The notes under the pieces: generated by a model
Databases searched by the model: none
What the model was told of the DNA's origin: nothing
Seen by the model: only the letters and a program-made list of their open reading frames with translations
Made by a program: the position numbers and the translations under genes
Part shown: in pieces, positions 49,770 through 59,030 of the stretch
Layout of the letters: the number at the start of each line of letters is the position of its first letter
Numbering within the stretch: position 1 is the stretch's first letter
Source: Deltaproteobacteria bacterium
Lineage (GTDB): Bacteria > Desulfobacterota > DSM-4660 > Desulfatiglandales > HGW-15
Reading direction: 5' to 3'
NCBI GenBank assembly: GCA_016931115.1
Contig: JAFGFM010000144.1
Span: 68,008 to 132,007 of the forward strand
DNA length: 64,000 nucleotides

Positions 49770-51293
49770 TCAAAACCTGTATTCCATACCTAATGTATAG
49801 ATATTTCTTTTATAATCATATATGCCGATATTGGAATCGGTTCTCATCCTGGAGTATTGAATTACTATAGTGGCATTGCTTTCCCAGTTCCATGAAAAGC
49901 CGCCTGACATGGTATATATCTTGTCCTCTCTTTTTAGATCAAAGACCGTATGAAGGTGTTTAAACTCCTGGTCGCTGATCTGGCCGCTCAACTGCAGCTT
50001 GATATCCTTATATATCGGCATTGCATAATTGGCGGAAAAACCTAACATGCTGTTATCCCAGTTTCTGCCCTCTGTATCCATGATATCAGACATAAACCTG
50101 AGATTCAGGAAGTAGTCCTTTTTAAAAAGCCATAAATAACTTATGTAGCTTTTATACCCCTGAGCGTCCCGGTCTTCTTCTGGGGCAAGGGCAGGCCTGA
50201 AGTACTGGCTGTTTGAATAGCCTGAAAATATCTCAAGGAGCTGCGTATCTTTTACTGACATCCTAAGGAGAGGGCCGGTATTGAATGTACCTGAATACTC
50301 TTTAAAGTCAGGGTTTCTTACAAATGCATGGTTATAACTTGTGGCAAGATAGATCGCATACTTGCCGAAATTGTAACCCGGTGTAATGGAGATACTGTTT
50401 GAGATGGAGTCATGGGTAAACCTGTTTTTATCGTGTGTGCTGGCGCCCAGGGCATACTGGGCATTAAACAGCCACCTGCTCTTAAGGTAGGGGGTATAAT
50501 TGACGCGGAAGGATGTATTTAAGACCCCGCTCCCCTCATTTGTGATCCCTGTGGCAAATGCCTGGTCATCAGGCTTTAAGACCATGTTATCATCATACTG
50601 CCCGAATACCCCTATGGTGAACCTTAAGGGTCTTTCAAGTTCGATCCTCTGCTCCACCGCTGCAAGATACTGCCTTGCAAACCCGGCCATATCTGACTGG
50701 GGGTCACTCAGGATGGCCGCCTCAAAGCTCTTTTTTGCCTCCCTCAGATCGCGCTCTTTTATAAAGCCCATGGCAATCCTCATATCAGCGGCCTGAGTAA
50801 TCTTGGGGTCTATGGCCTTGGCCCTTGCAAAGGCATCATTGGCCTCTTTTATCCTGCCCTCTTCCGTGAGGATAAGCCCCTTTAAAAAGGCGGTCTTGGC
50901 AGGGAAGATATTTTCTGTTTCTGCGACTTCAATCCAGTGCTTTGCAACATCCAGCTTATCAAGCTGCATAGCAACATCCACAACCTCGATAAGGGCCTCC
51001 TTGATCCTGGGGGTAAGATTCACTGCATCCAGCAGGTTTGTAAGGGCCTTTTCATAATCCATTGTCTGTTTATAGGCCATGCCAAGGAAGAATGCGGCAG
51101 CAGACGAGCCAGGTTCATCAGCCCTGGCCCTGGTGAGGATTACTATTGCCTCTTCATAACTTTCATCCCTGTATTCATCCATGCCTTTTTGAAGGTTATC
51201 TGATTGCTCACAAAAAATATTCAGGGGAAAAAGTATAATAAAAAGCAGAGAGATTAAAGCAAATGAGGAAATCCTGGTTGCGATCTTTATCAT
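49770..51293 (-). CDS. TPR-repeat + C-terminal outer-membrane beta-barrel protein (Slam/DUF560-like architecture; family assignment tentative)
   Basis: Signal peptide. About 200 aa of TPR-like helices (AIVILTRARADEPGSSAAAFFLGMAYKQTMDYEKALTNL...). Then ~290 aa of alternating beta-strand pattern ending in the OMP C-terminal signature ...YTLGMEYRF. Confidence 0.65.
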   Translation of the reverse strand: MIKIATRISSFALISLLFIILFPLNIFCEQSDNLQKGMDEYRDESYEEAIVILTRARADEPGSSAAAFFLGMAYKQTMDYEKALTNLLDAVNLTPRIKEALIEVVDVAMQLDKLDVAKHWIEVAETENIFPAKTAFLKGLILTEEGRIKEANDAFARAKAIDPKITQAADMRIAMGFIKERDLREAKKSFEAAILSDPQSDMAGFARQYLAAVEQRIELERPLRFTIGVFGQYDDNMVLKPDDQAFATGITNEGSGVLNTSFRVNYTPYLKSRWLFNAQYALGASTHDKNRFTHDSISNSISITPGYNFGKYAIYLATSYNHAFVRNPDFKEYSGTFNTGPLLRMSVKDTQLLEIFSGYSNSQYFRPALAPEEDRDAQGYKSYISYLWLFKKDYFLNLRFMSDIMDTEGRNWDNSMLGFSANYAMPIYKDIKLQLSGQISDQEFKHLHTVFDLKREDKIYTMSGGFSWNWESNATIVIQYSRMRTDSNIGIYDYKRNIYTLGMEYRF

Positions 51294-51450
51294 GTAAGCC
51301 CCCTTTCATCCTGTCCGCTATAGATCTCTTAAACATATGCCCGTTTTAATGGGATATGATAGGCATCTCAGCGAATTTTGTCAATAATATAGCCAATCTT
51401 ACATAGCTAACATTTAATATTGAAAATGTATCTAAACATCTACAAACATC

Positions 51451-51478
51451 TTGACATTAAATATCATGATCTTAATTT
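51451..51478 (+). promoter_or_regulatory. Candidate sigma70 promoter for clpB
   Basis: TTGACA (51451-51456), 16 nt, TAATTT (51473-51478), about 60 nt upstream of the clpB ATG. Confidence 0.4.
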
Positions 51479-51537
51479 CCTTTAATCGGTTAAACAGGCC
51501 GGTATCTTAAAAAAAATAATCGCAGGAGGATACTTAT

Positions 51538-54120
51538 ATGCGTCTTGATAAACTAACATTAAAGGGGCAGGAGGCCCTGAAGGAATCGCAGCAGACCGCT
51601 GAAAGGCTGGGGCATCAGCAGATAGAGCCGGAACATATTTTGAGCGCCATAATTAGAGAGAAGGATGGGGCCATACCTCCCCTTCTGGCAAAGGTGGGGG
51701 CAAACCAGCCCGCCCTGATTAAAAATATTACCGATGTACTTGAACGGCTCCCGAAAGTTTCCGGAGGAGGATATGGGCAGTCATATCTCTCAGCAAAGAG
51801 CCAGGCCATGCTTGAGCAGGCATTCAAAGAGGCCGAGCAGATGAAGGATGAATATGTGAGCCTTGAACATATACTCATAGCCATATCCGATGAAAAGGAT
51901 GGTAATGCGGCAAGGATACTCAAATCATCCGGTATCACAAGGGATACCATACTTGCTGCCCTTGTGGATATAAGGGGCGGGCAGAGGATCACAGACCAGA
52001 ACCCTGAAGACAAATACCAGGCGCTTGAGAGGTTTGGCCGTGACCTTACAGCTATTGCGGCAAAGGACAAGCTTGACCCTGTCATAGGCCGTGATGATGA
52101 GATAAGAAGGGTTGTCCAGGTGCTCTCAAGGAGGACAAAGAATAATCCTGTGCTGATAGGTGAACCCGGTGTAGGGAAAACCGCAATCGTTGAAGGGCTT
52201 GCCCAGAGGATCATACAGGGGGATATCCCTGAAACGCTCAAGAACAAGCGTGTGGTGGCCCTTGATATGGGCGCCCTTGTGGCAGGGGCCAAGTACAGGG
52301 GAGAGTTTGAGGACAGGCTCAAGGCCGTGCTCAAGGAGGTCACTGACTCCAATGGCGAGATAATACTCTTTATAGATGAAATGCATACGATCGTGGGCGC
52401 AGGCGCCGCAGAGGGTGCTGTTGACGCATCAAACATGCTGAAACCTGCGCTGGCCAGGGGAGAGCTGCGCTGTGTGGGTGCAACCACCATAAAGGAGTAC
52501 AGAAAATATATAGAAAAGGATGCGGCATTTGAGAGGAGGTTCCAGCCTGTTAATGTGGAGGAGCCTTCAGTGGAGGACACCATATCCATATTAAGGGGGC
52601 TCAAAGAAAAGTATGAGGTGCACCACGGTGTAAGGATACAGGACTCTGCCCTTGTAGCCGCAGCAACCCTTTCACACAGGTACATTACAGACAGGTTCCT
52701 GCCTGACAAGGCCATTGACCTTATAGATGAGGCCACCAGCAGGCTAAGGATAGAGATAGACAGTATGCCTGCTGAGATCGATGCGGTGCAGCGCAAGATC
52801 ACACAGCTTGAGATAGAAAAACAGGCCTTGAAAAAGGAAAAAGATACTGCTTCAAAGGATAGGCTTGTAAAAATCGAAGAGGAGCTTAAGCAGTTAAAGG
52901 CAGGCAGCGATGAGATGATAAAGCACTGGCGGATGGAAAAGGAGATCATATCAAAAATAGGCGAGGTAAAGGAGAGGCTTGAATCAACCAGAACAGCAGC
53001 CCAGGTGGCAGAAAGGGCAGGCGACCTCTCAAAGGCCGCAGAGCTCAGGTATGGCACCACTATTGCTCTTGAAAAGGAGCTTGAGGCACAGAATGCAAGG
53101 CTCAATGAGCTTCAAAAGGGTAATAAGATGCTCAAGGAGGAGGTGGATGCAGAGGACATCGCAGAGGTGGTTGCAAAGTGGACAAACATCCCTGTATCAA
53201 GGCTTATGCAGGGAGAGCGTGAAAAGCTCATAAAAATGGAGGAGATGCTCTCTAAAAGGGTTATAGGACAGGAGCAGGGGGTTATTGCGGTCGCCAATGC
53301 TGTAAGACGCGCCAGATCAGGGCTCCAGGACCCGAATCGGCCCATAGGCTCATTTATCTTCCTTGGCCCTACAGGTGTTGGGAAAACAGAGCTTGCCCGC
53401 GCGGTTGCAGAGTTTCTCTTTGATGATGAGCAGTACATGATCAGGGTCGACATGTCCGAATATATGGAGAAGCACTCTGTGGCAAGACTTATAGGCGCAC
53501 CCCCGGGGTATGTGGGCTATGATGAGGGAGGGTACCTGACAGAGGCGGTACGCCGACACCCCTACTCTGTCATTCTGTTTGACGAGATAGAAAAGGCGCA
53601 CCCTGATGTTTTTAACGCCCTATTGCAGATACTGGATGATGGCAGGATGACCGATGGCAAGGGACGCACAGTTGATTTCAAGAATACAGTGCTGATCATG
53701 ACCTCAAATGTTGGGAGCCAGTGGATCAATGAACTCAGAGGCAAAGATGAAAAGGAGATGGAATCACGAGTATTGGAGGCGCTTAAAAATATGTTCAGGC
53801 CGGAATTCTTAAATAGAATAGATGAGACCATAATATTCCATTCACTTGGCAGGGAGGAGATCAAACATATCGTGGATATACAGATCAACCTCCTTAAAAA
53901 GAGGCTTGAGGCAAACAAGATAACCCTGGAGCTTACTGAGGATGCAAGGGAATACCTTGCTGAAGCTGGCTTTGACCCTGTTTATGGCGCAAGACCACTT
54001 AAGAGGGCCATACAGCAGATCGTTCAGAACCCGCTTTCCATGAGGATACTTGAGGGCAGGATCAGCGAGGGGAGCAGGGTTCAAATGGATATAAAAAATG
54101 GTGAGGTGATGTTTGAATAA
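51538..54120 (+). CDS. clpB: ATP-dependent chaperone/disaggregase ClpB
   Basis: 860 aa. Clp N-domain, two AAA+ modules ([15 protein letters not shown]; [15 protein letters not shown]), a long coiled-coil middle domain, and the [11 protein letters not shown] and GARPLKR motifs. GGAGG RBS. Confidence 0.97.
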   Translation: MRLDKLTLKGQEALKESQQTAERLGHQQIEPEHILSAIIREKDGAIPPLLAKVGANQPALIKNITDVLERLPKVSGGGYGQSYLSAKSQAMLEQAFKEAEQMKDEYVSLEHILIAISDEKDGNAARILKSSGITRDTILAALVDIRGGQRITDQNPEDKYQALERFGRDLTAIAAKDKLDPVIGRDDEIRRVVQVLSRRTKNNPVLIGEPGVGKTAIVEGLAQRIIQGDIPETLKNKRVVALDMGALVAGAKYRGEFEDRLKAVLKEVTDSNGEIILFIDEMHTIVGAGAAEGAVDASNMLKPALARGELRCVGATTIKEYRKYIEKDAAFERRFQPVNVEEPSVEDTISILRGLKEKYEVHHGVRIQDSALVAAATLSHRYITDRFLPDKAIDLIDEATSRLRIEIDSMPAEIDAVQRKITQLEIEKQALKKEKDTASKDRLVKIEEELKQLKAGSDEMIKHWRMEKEIISKIGEVKERLESTRTAAQVAERAGDLSKAAELRYGTTIALEKELEAQNARLNELQKGNKMLKEEVDAEDIAEVVAKWTNIPVSRLMQGEREKLIKMEEMLSKRVIGQEQGVIAVANAVRRARSGLQDPNRPIGSFIFLGPTGVGKTELARAVAEFLFDDEQYMIRVDMSEYMEKHSVARLIGAPPGYVGYDEGGYLTEAVRRHPYSVILFDEIEKAHPDVFNALLQILDDGRMTDGKGRTVDFKNTVLIMTSNVGSQWINELRGKDEKEMESRVLEALKNMFRPEFLNRIDETIIFHSLGREEIKHIVDIQINLLKKRLEANKITLELTEDAREYLAEAGFDPVYGARPLKRAIQQIVQNPLSMRILEGRISEGSRVQMDIKNGEVMFE

Positions 54121-54163
54121 GGCGCAGGGCTTAAGGTGTAAAAGGCACGGAGCAGAAGATAAT

Positions 54164-54222
54164 AAAGCTGAAAGCTCAAAGCTCAAAGGATAAAAAAGCT
54201 TTTACTTTGAGCCTTTAGCTTT
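54164..54222. terminator. Hairpin between convergent clpB and the HU-like gene (candidate bidirectional terminator)
   Basis: aaagctgaaagctcaaag (54164-54181) pairs 16/18 with ctttgagcctttagcttt (54205-54222). The left arm contains a tandem agctcaa heptamer. The right arm overlaps the HU-like stop codon. U-tracts are weak. Confidence 0.45.
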
Positions 54223-54559
54223 TCCCATTCATCCTCTCCTTCAGCCTTTTAAAATAGCGGAATTTTATCTTTCTTTTGGAGTTGATGAATATCTTTTCAC
54301 CTGTTTTCGGGTTTCTCCACTTTTTTGCCCATTTGAATTCTACATCAAACTGTCCAAATCCGGGGATATTGATAAAATCACCCTTTTCAAGGCATGACTT
54401 CATAATATCAAGAAGGGAGTTTACTATGCTCTCGGCCTTGTTTTTTGGCATAAGGTCATAATTTAGCTCAGGAAAGAGCCACTGCTGCCTCTCCCTCTTT
54501 TTCTTTTTCAGATGAACATTTTCTATCACACTTTTTACGAGATCAGTTTTATTTATCAC
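54215..54559 (-). CDS. HU/IHF-family DNA-binding protein (with an N-terminal insertion)
   Basis: MINKTDLVKSV...AESIVNSLLDIMKSCLEKGDFINIPGFGQFDVEFKWAKKWRNPKTGEKIFINSKRKIKFR matches the IHF/HU pattern (..GFG.F......R.gRNP.TGe.i.i.a.....F.). GTG start. Confidence 0.8.
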   Translation of the reverse strand: MINKTDLVKSVIENVHLKKKKRERQQWLFPELNYDLMPKNKAESIVNSLLDIMKSCLEKGDFINIPGFGQFDVEFKWAKKWRNPKTGEKIFINSKRKIKFRYFKRLKERMNGKS

Positions 54560-54674
54560 AGGAGACCTAAATGATATAATTTTTTTCTCAGCGCTATTTA
54601 AGATTGTTAAAAGGTGCCATATCTGTTAAAGATTGTCAATTATTCTAAATCATTAGGGAAATTTTAATTAAAGA

Positions 54675-55211
54675 ATGCATCATAATTACATATTTCGTCA
54701 CTGCCCCGTGTGCGGTGATGAGTTTACAAAAAAGAGAGTAAAGGATCATGAGCCTCCCAGGCTTGTCTGTAAAAACAGGGAGTGCGGATTTGTATTTTAC
54801 CTTGACCCGAAGCTTGTGGCATGTGCGATCGTTGAAATGGATAACAGGATTGTACTCTTGAAGCGCGCCAGATCACCTGAAAGGGGCAAGTGGGTAATGC
54901 CCGGGGGCTACGTTGACAGGGGGGAAAAGGTAGAAGATGCCGCTATCCGGGAAACAAAAGAGGAGTGCGGGATTGATATCAGGCTCAAAGGGCTCTTTGG
55001 TGTCTATTCTTACCCAGGATACCTTGAGGTGGTTATTGTTTATCTTGCGGATTATATATCCGGCACGCTTGCCGCTGAAGATGAAACCACTGACAGCAAA
55101 CTTATCAGTGTCGAGGAAATACCCTGGGATGAACTGGCCTTTGAAAGCACGAGGGATGCGCTTAAGGATTACTGTGAGATGAAAAAGAATGCAGAAAAGG
55201 AGTTAAAATAA
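54675..55211 (+). CDS. NUDIX hydrolase with N-terminal zinc ribbon
   Basis: Nudix box GGYVDRGEKVEDAAIRETKEECGI. N-terminal CPVCG...CKNRECG. Confidence 0.88.
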   Translation: MHHNYIFRHCPVCGDEFTKKRVKDHEPPRLVCKNRECGFVFYLDPKLVACAIVEMDNRIVLLKRARSPERGKWVMPGGYVDRGEKVEDAAIRETKEECGIDIRLKGLFGVYSYPGYLEVVIVYLADYISGTLAAEDETTDSKLISVEEIPWDELAFESTRDALKDYCEMKKNAEKELK

Positions 55212-56519
55212 TTGCTTAATCTTAAACCTGAAAGGATTGATGAACTTGACAGAGCGAGATGGAAATCCATTATGGAAAGGTCAATGGAGGATATCTCATC
55301 TGTCTTTGAGGATACAAGAAAGATAGTAGAGGATGTGCGCAGGAACGGCGACAAAGTTGCGCTTATGCACTATAAAAAGCATAAAGAGGATATTTGTGCT
55401 GCTGATCTTGAGGTAACAGCAGGAGAAATTGCCAATGCATATAAAAGGATAAACCCCCATGTTGTGAAGTGCCTTAAAAAGGCCGCAGAAAATATTACAA
55501 GATTCCACAGGGCACAGCTTGAAAGGGAGATGTGGTCAATAGAGGTGCAAAAGGGGATACTGGCAGGCCGCATAACAAGACCAATGGATATTGTGGGCTG
55601 TTACATCCCTGGCGGGCGGGCGGTCTACCCGAGTTCCATTTTAATGACCGTGCTACCGGCAAAGGTTGCTGGTGTAAAGGATATTGTAGCGGTTACCCCG
55701 CCGGAGAAGGGCATGACTGTTAACCCTGCAATTCTTGTTGCAGCGGATATTGCGGGGTGCGACCGGATATTCAAGGTGGGCGGCCCCTGGGGTGTTGCCG
55801 GGCTTGCATATGGCACAGAGACCATGCCAAAGGTGCACAAGATAGTGGGGCCGGGCAACAAGTATGTTACTGCGGCAAAGATGATCGTGTATGGCCAGGT
55901 GGATATAGATTCACCGGCAGGCCCCAGCGAATCACTTATACTTGCGGATGAAAGCGGTAACCCGGCATTTATTACAGTGGATTTTCTTTCACAGGCTGAG
56001 CATGACCCTGACTCTGCGGCAGTGCTGGTAACCACTTCTGCTGAGCTTGCTAAAAAGGTGTGTGATAATATTGCGAGGGAATATGAGACCCTGCCGAGAA
56101 AGGAGATATTTGAGTCTTCCCTTAACAGGCACTCATATGTGCTTATTGCAAATGATATGGCACAGGCCATTGATTTTACAAACGAATATGCAGCAGAACA
56201 CCTACAGATCATTACAATAGACCCATTTATTACATTAACATCCATAAAACATGCAGGCTCTATTTTTATGGGGCCATATGCGCCTGTACCTGTGGGTGAT
56301 TATGCATCCGGTACAAACCATGTACTTCCAACAGGCCAGTGCGCAAGGATGTTTTCAGGGCTCTCGGTTGATGATTTTATAAAAAAACCGACATTCCAGT
56401 ACCTGAGCAAAGAGGGGCTCGAAGGGCTGAAAGACACGGTGATTACACTTGCGGAAGAGGAGGGGCTGCCGCTCCATGCGAGGACGGTTAAAGCAAGGTT
56501 TGAAAAAGCAGAGGGCTAA
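55212..56519 (+). CDS. hisD: Histidinol dehydrogenase
   Basis: 435 aa. ...YIPGGRAVYPSSILMTVLPAKVAGV..., GPGNKYVTAAK, AGPSESLILAD, QAEHDPDSAAVLVT, GDYASGTNHVLPT. The TTG start directly abuts the NUDIX stop. Confidence 0.93.
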   Translation: MLNLKPERIDELDRARWKSIMERSMEDISSVFEDTRKIVEDVRRNGDKVALMHYKKHKEDICAADLEVTAGEIANAYKRINPHVVKCLKKAAENITRFHRAQLEREMWSIEVQKGILAGRITRPMDIVGCYIPGGRAVYPSSILMTVLPAKVAGVKDIVAVTPPEKGMTVNPAILVAADIAGCDRIFKVGGPWGVAGLAYGTETMPKVHKIVGPGNKYVTAAKMIVYGQVDIDSPAGPSESLILADESGNPAFITVDFLSQAEHDPDSAAVLVTTSAELAKKVCDNIAREYETLPRKEIFESSLNRHSYVLIANDMAQAIDFTNEYAAEHLQIITIDPFITLTSIKHAGSIFMGPYAPVPVGDYASGTNHVLPTGQCARMFSGLSVDDFIKKPTFQYLSKEGLEGLKDTVITLAEEEGLPLHARTVKARFEKAEG

Positions 56520-56551
56520 GCGCATAGAGAAGAGGGCAATAAGTTTGTAGG

Positions 56552-56571
56552 GGTAGACCTGCGTGTCTGCC
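56552..56571. repeat. REP-like GC-rich hairpin after hisD
   Basis: ggtagac-ctgcgt-gtctgcc within tgtaggggtagacctgcgtgtctgcccg. This resembles a short palindromic element I have seen dispersed in many environmental anaerobe genomes. Confidence 0.35.
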
Positions 56572-56633
56572 CGCCCGGAGAAAGAACCAAGGTATTTCTG
56601 TAGCCTTAAAGTTCTTAAATAAGAAAATTTGTT

Positions 56634-56662
56634 TTGACAAAGGTAATTTTATTCTCTATATA
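56634..56662 (+). promoter_or_regulatory. Sigma70-type promoter for tRNA-Lys
   Basis: TTGACA (56634-56639), 17 nt, TATATA (56657-56662). The tRNA begins 18 nt downstream. Confidence 0.6.
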
Positions 56663-56679
56663 AAATGATTCTTTTTCAC

Positions 56680-56755
56680 GGGTCGTTAGCTCAGCTGGTA
56701 GAGCAGCGGACTTTTAATCCGTTGGTCGTGGGTTCGATTCCCGCACGACCCACCA
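56680..56755 (+). tRNA. tRNA-Lys (anticodon TTT), CCA encoded
   Basis: Acceptor GGGTCGT/ACGACCC, anticodon stem GCGGA/TCCGT with loop CTTTTAA, T-arm GTGGG-TTCGATT-CCCGC, then A-CCA. Confidence 0.95.
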
Positions 56756-56848
56756 GTAACTGCCTCTGGTGAGAATAAAAAGGCGGCTTTTAACACGATA
56801 AATTATGTGTTAAAAAATAAAAATCAGGTCAATAGCGCAAAATTGATC

Positions 56849-56877
56849 TTGATTAATCTGAAAAAGAAAATTAGAAT
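56849..56877 (+). promoter_or_regulatory. Sigma70-type promoter upstream of the tRNA-like element / tRNA-Glu
   Basis: TTGATT (56849-56854), 17 nt, TAGAAT (56872-56877). The tRNA-like element starts 13 nt downstream. Confidence 0.5.
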
Positions 56878-56889
56878 TGCGTTTTTCTG

Positions 56890-56968
56890 GCTCCTTATTG
56901 TCTAGCCCGGTCCAGGACATCCCGCTTACTGCGGGACGACAGGGTGTGACAAAATGAACTGGGGAGCA
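56890..56968 (+). pseudogene. Degenerate tRNA-like element (tRNA-Glu-derived 5' half, alternative anticodon arm, no T-arm)
   Basis: GTCTAGCCCGGTCCAGGACA, the variable CGAC and AGGG are identical to the neighbouring tRNA-Glu. The anticodon stem is replaced by a fully paired TCCCG/CGGGA with loop CTTACTG (TAC, but T at position 37). Acceptor GCTCCTT/GGGGAGC needs two G-U pairs. The T-loop and 3' T-stem are replaced by GTGACAAAATGAAC. Confidence 0.4.
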
Positions 56969-56996
56969 CAGAAGAGTATGATATAAGGATTTATGC

Positions 56997-57074
56997 GTCC
57001 CCATCGTCTAGCCCGGTCCAGGACACAGGCCTTTCACGCCTGCGACAGGGGTTCGAATCCCCTTGGGGACGCCA
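56997..57074 (+). tRNA. tRNA-Glu (anticodon TTC), CCA encoded
   Basis: GTCCCCA...TGGGGAC-G-CCA. Anticodon arm CAGGC-CTTTCAC-GCCTG. T-arm AGGGG-TTCGAAT-CCCCT. Close to the E. coli tRNA-Glu layout. Confidence 0.95.
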
Positions 57075-57240
57075 ACTTTAATAACAGGGAGTTAATCCTA
57101 AGACGGGTTGACTCCTTGTTTTATTTCCGGGACAGGACATCCCGCTTACATGAAAACCATTTATTGCATATGAAAATTAATTATATTTCATTCTTTTCAT
57201 GAAAAACGAGTATGATAAAAAGGCAGGCATAAAAATAAAA

Positions 57241-57273
57241 AAGGGCTTATACCCTAAAAAGGTATAAGCCCTT
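57241..57273. terminator. Bidirectional rho-independent terminator between tRNA-Glu (+) and tRNA-fMet (-)
   Basis: aagggcttatacc-ctaaaaa-ggtataagccctt. It is flanked by a T-run on the plus side (gaattttttt) and an A-run on the other side, which is a T-run on the minus strand. Confidence 0.7.
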
Positions 57274-57282
57274 GAATTTTTT

Positions 57283-57359
57283 TGGTAGCGGGGGCTGGAT
57301 TCGAACCAACGACCTTCGGGTTATGAGCCCGACGAGCTGCCTGACTGCTCCACCCCGCG
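57283..57359 (-). tRNA. Initiator tRNA-fMet (anticodon CAT), CCA encoded
   Basis: The reverse complement reads CGCGGGGTGGAGCAG...TCGGGCTCATAACCCGA.... There are three consecutive G-C pairs closing the anticodon stem, and position 1:72 is unpaired (C:U). T-arm GTTGG-TTCGAAT-CCAGC. Confidence 0.93.
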
Positions 57360-57374
57360 TCATGTAAACAGGTG

Positions 57375-57403
57375 CTTATAGCACTACTAACCTAGCTAGT
57401 CAA
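57375..57403 (-). promoter_or_regulatory. Sigma70-type promoter for tRNA-fMet
   Basis: Minus strand: TTGACT (57403-57398), 17 nt, TATAAG (57380-57375). The tRNA 5' end is 15 nt downstream. Confidence 0.5.
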
Positions 57404-57433
57404 TGATATTATTTAAAATAATTTTGTGCCTTT

Positions 57434-58942
57434 TTATTCCGGAATCTGGATGGTAAAGGTGGTGCCCCTCCCCGGGACGCTTACTGCCCATATATCACCA
57501 TTATGTGCCTGAACTATCTTATATGAAATGGCAAGGCCAAGGCCAGTCCCCTTTTCCCTTGTTGTGTAAAATGGTTCAAAGATATGTTTCATCTCTTCGC
57601 TGGTCATACCCTTTCCATCATCACCTATGGATATCTCAACCCCTCCATCAATTTTAACTGTCTTTACCCTGATCACACCCCCTTCAGGCATGGCCTCTAC
57701 CCCGTTTGATATGATATTTATGAACACCTGCTTGAGCTTGTCCGGGTCACAGGTGATCTCACATAATCCATCATCTTGATATCGTTCAAAATAATACTTT
57801 TCATTACTGTATACCCCTGCCATGATATTCAGGACATCCTCTATAACAGAGTTTATTTCAGCCGGTCTCATAACCAGCCTGTATTCCTTTGTAAAATCGC
57901 CAAGATTGGCCACAAGCCTTTCAAGCCTGGCAACCTCTTCAAGCACCATATCTATCTTGTTGATATCCTTTTTATTCTCAAGTACCGACCTTATCTGGCT
58001 GGTAAAACCCCCTATTATCATAAGGGGATTTTTGATCTCATGAGCAACGCGGGCCACTGCCTGCCCCACAGAGGCAAGTCTTTCTGCCTGAAGCATCTTC
58101 CTTTCCATCTGCTGCTGATGGGTTATATCACGTATTATTGCAGTGAAGGTCTTTTTACCACCCATGTTCAGGACAGAGATACTGAGATCAACAGGAAAAA
58201 ACTCGCCGTTCTTCCTCATTGCGTTAAGTGCGATATTTTTACCGGTTATGCCTTGTTCCTGGTTTTCCATGAGGCGGTCCAGGTATATTTGATAGTGCTC
58301 GGAGTTCTGGGGAATTATGGTATCAAGGGTCTTCCCTGTAACCTCACTGCCTAAATAACCAAAAATCTTCTGGGCCGCATTATTGAACAGTATTATGCGC
58401 TGGTTTTCATCTATGCTTATAATGGCATCTGTTGCCGTATCCAGGATGGCCTTAAACCTCTTTTCAGAACGCTGAAGTTTAAGTATAAGATGGCGGTATT
58501 CGGTAACATCCCTTGTGATCTCAAGATAATATCTTCTACTCTCCTCCTCTGCCATGAGCGGGTACATGATGACAATATATTCACGCGATTCCCCTTTTTC
58601 GTCTTTATGGGTAACTGTCATCTCAACCGGTTCGCCGGTTGTGGCCTTTTCTACCGGGCATCTTCCCTCGTCTGCCAGACAGGGCAGCCACGCCCTTTTG
58701 ACCTCATAACATTTCCTGCCTGCCACATCCTTTTTTTCAAGCCCTGCCTTTGCAAGAAATGCCCTGTTTGCATCAATAATATAAAAATCCTGGTCTATTA
58801 CGATTATCTCTTCGCTTATGCCATCATAAAGGGATGAGAGAAACATATTGGTTTTTTTAAGGGCTCTTATCTCACTGTTAAGCTTTTCAAGGCGGGAATC
58901 CCGGGTCTCTTCTTTAAGGATTCGTGATTTTTTTATGACCAT
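57434..58942 (-). CDS. PAS-domain sensor histidine kinase
   Basis: Two PAS-like segments, H-box ARVAHEIKNPL, N/G boxes (FINIISNGVEAM; DDGKGM; GTGLGLAISYKIVQAHNG). GAGGAG RBS. Confidence 0.88.
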   Translation of the reverse strand: MVIKKSRILKEETRDSRLEKLNSEIRALKKTNMFLSSLYDGISEEIIVIDQDFYIIDANRAFLAKAGLEKKDVAGRKCYEVKRAWLPCLADEGRCPVEKATTGEPVEMTVTHKDEKGESREYIVIMYPLMAEEESRRYYLEITRDVTEYRHLILKLQRSEKRFKAILDTATDAIISIDENQRIILFNNAAQKIFGYLGSEVTGKTLDTIIPQNSEHYQIYLDRLMENQEQGITGKNIALNAMRKNGEFFPVDLSISVLNMGGKKTFTAIIRDITHQQQMERKMLQAERLASVGQAVARVAHEIKNPLMIIGGFTSQIRSVLENKKDINKIDMVLEEVARLERLVANLGDFTKEYRLVMRPAEINSVIEDVLNIMAGVYSNEKYYFERYQDDGLCEITCDPDKLKQVFINIISNGVEAMPEGGVIRVKTVKIDGGVEISIGDDGKGMTSEEMKHIFEPFYTTREKGTGLGLAISYKIVQAHNGDIWAVSVPGRGTTFTIQIPE

Positions 58943-59030
58943 AGCTCCTCTCTTATTTAAAAAGGCAGGATCATTAAATCATATATAATCAACCGACATG
59001 GGCCTTTCCACCGGCCAAAGAGGCATTATG

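Noticed and set aside
51615-53105. A 496-aa minus-strand ORF antisense to clpB.
   Set aside because: It is an S/L/A-rich nonsense translation, fully nested in the unambiguous clpB gene.
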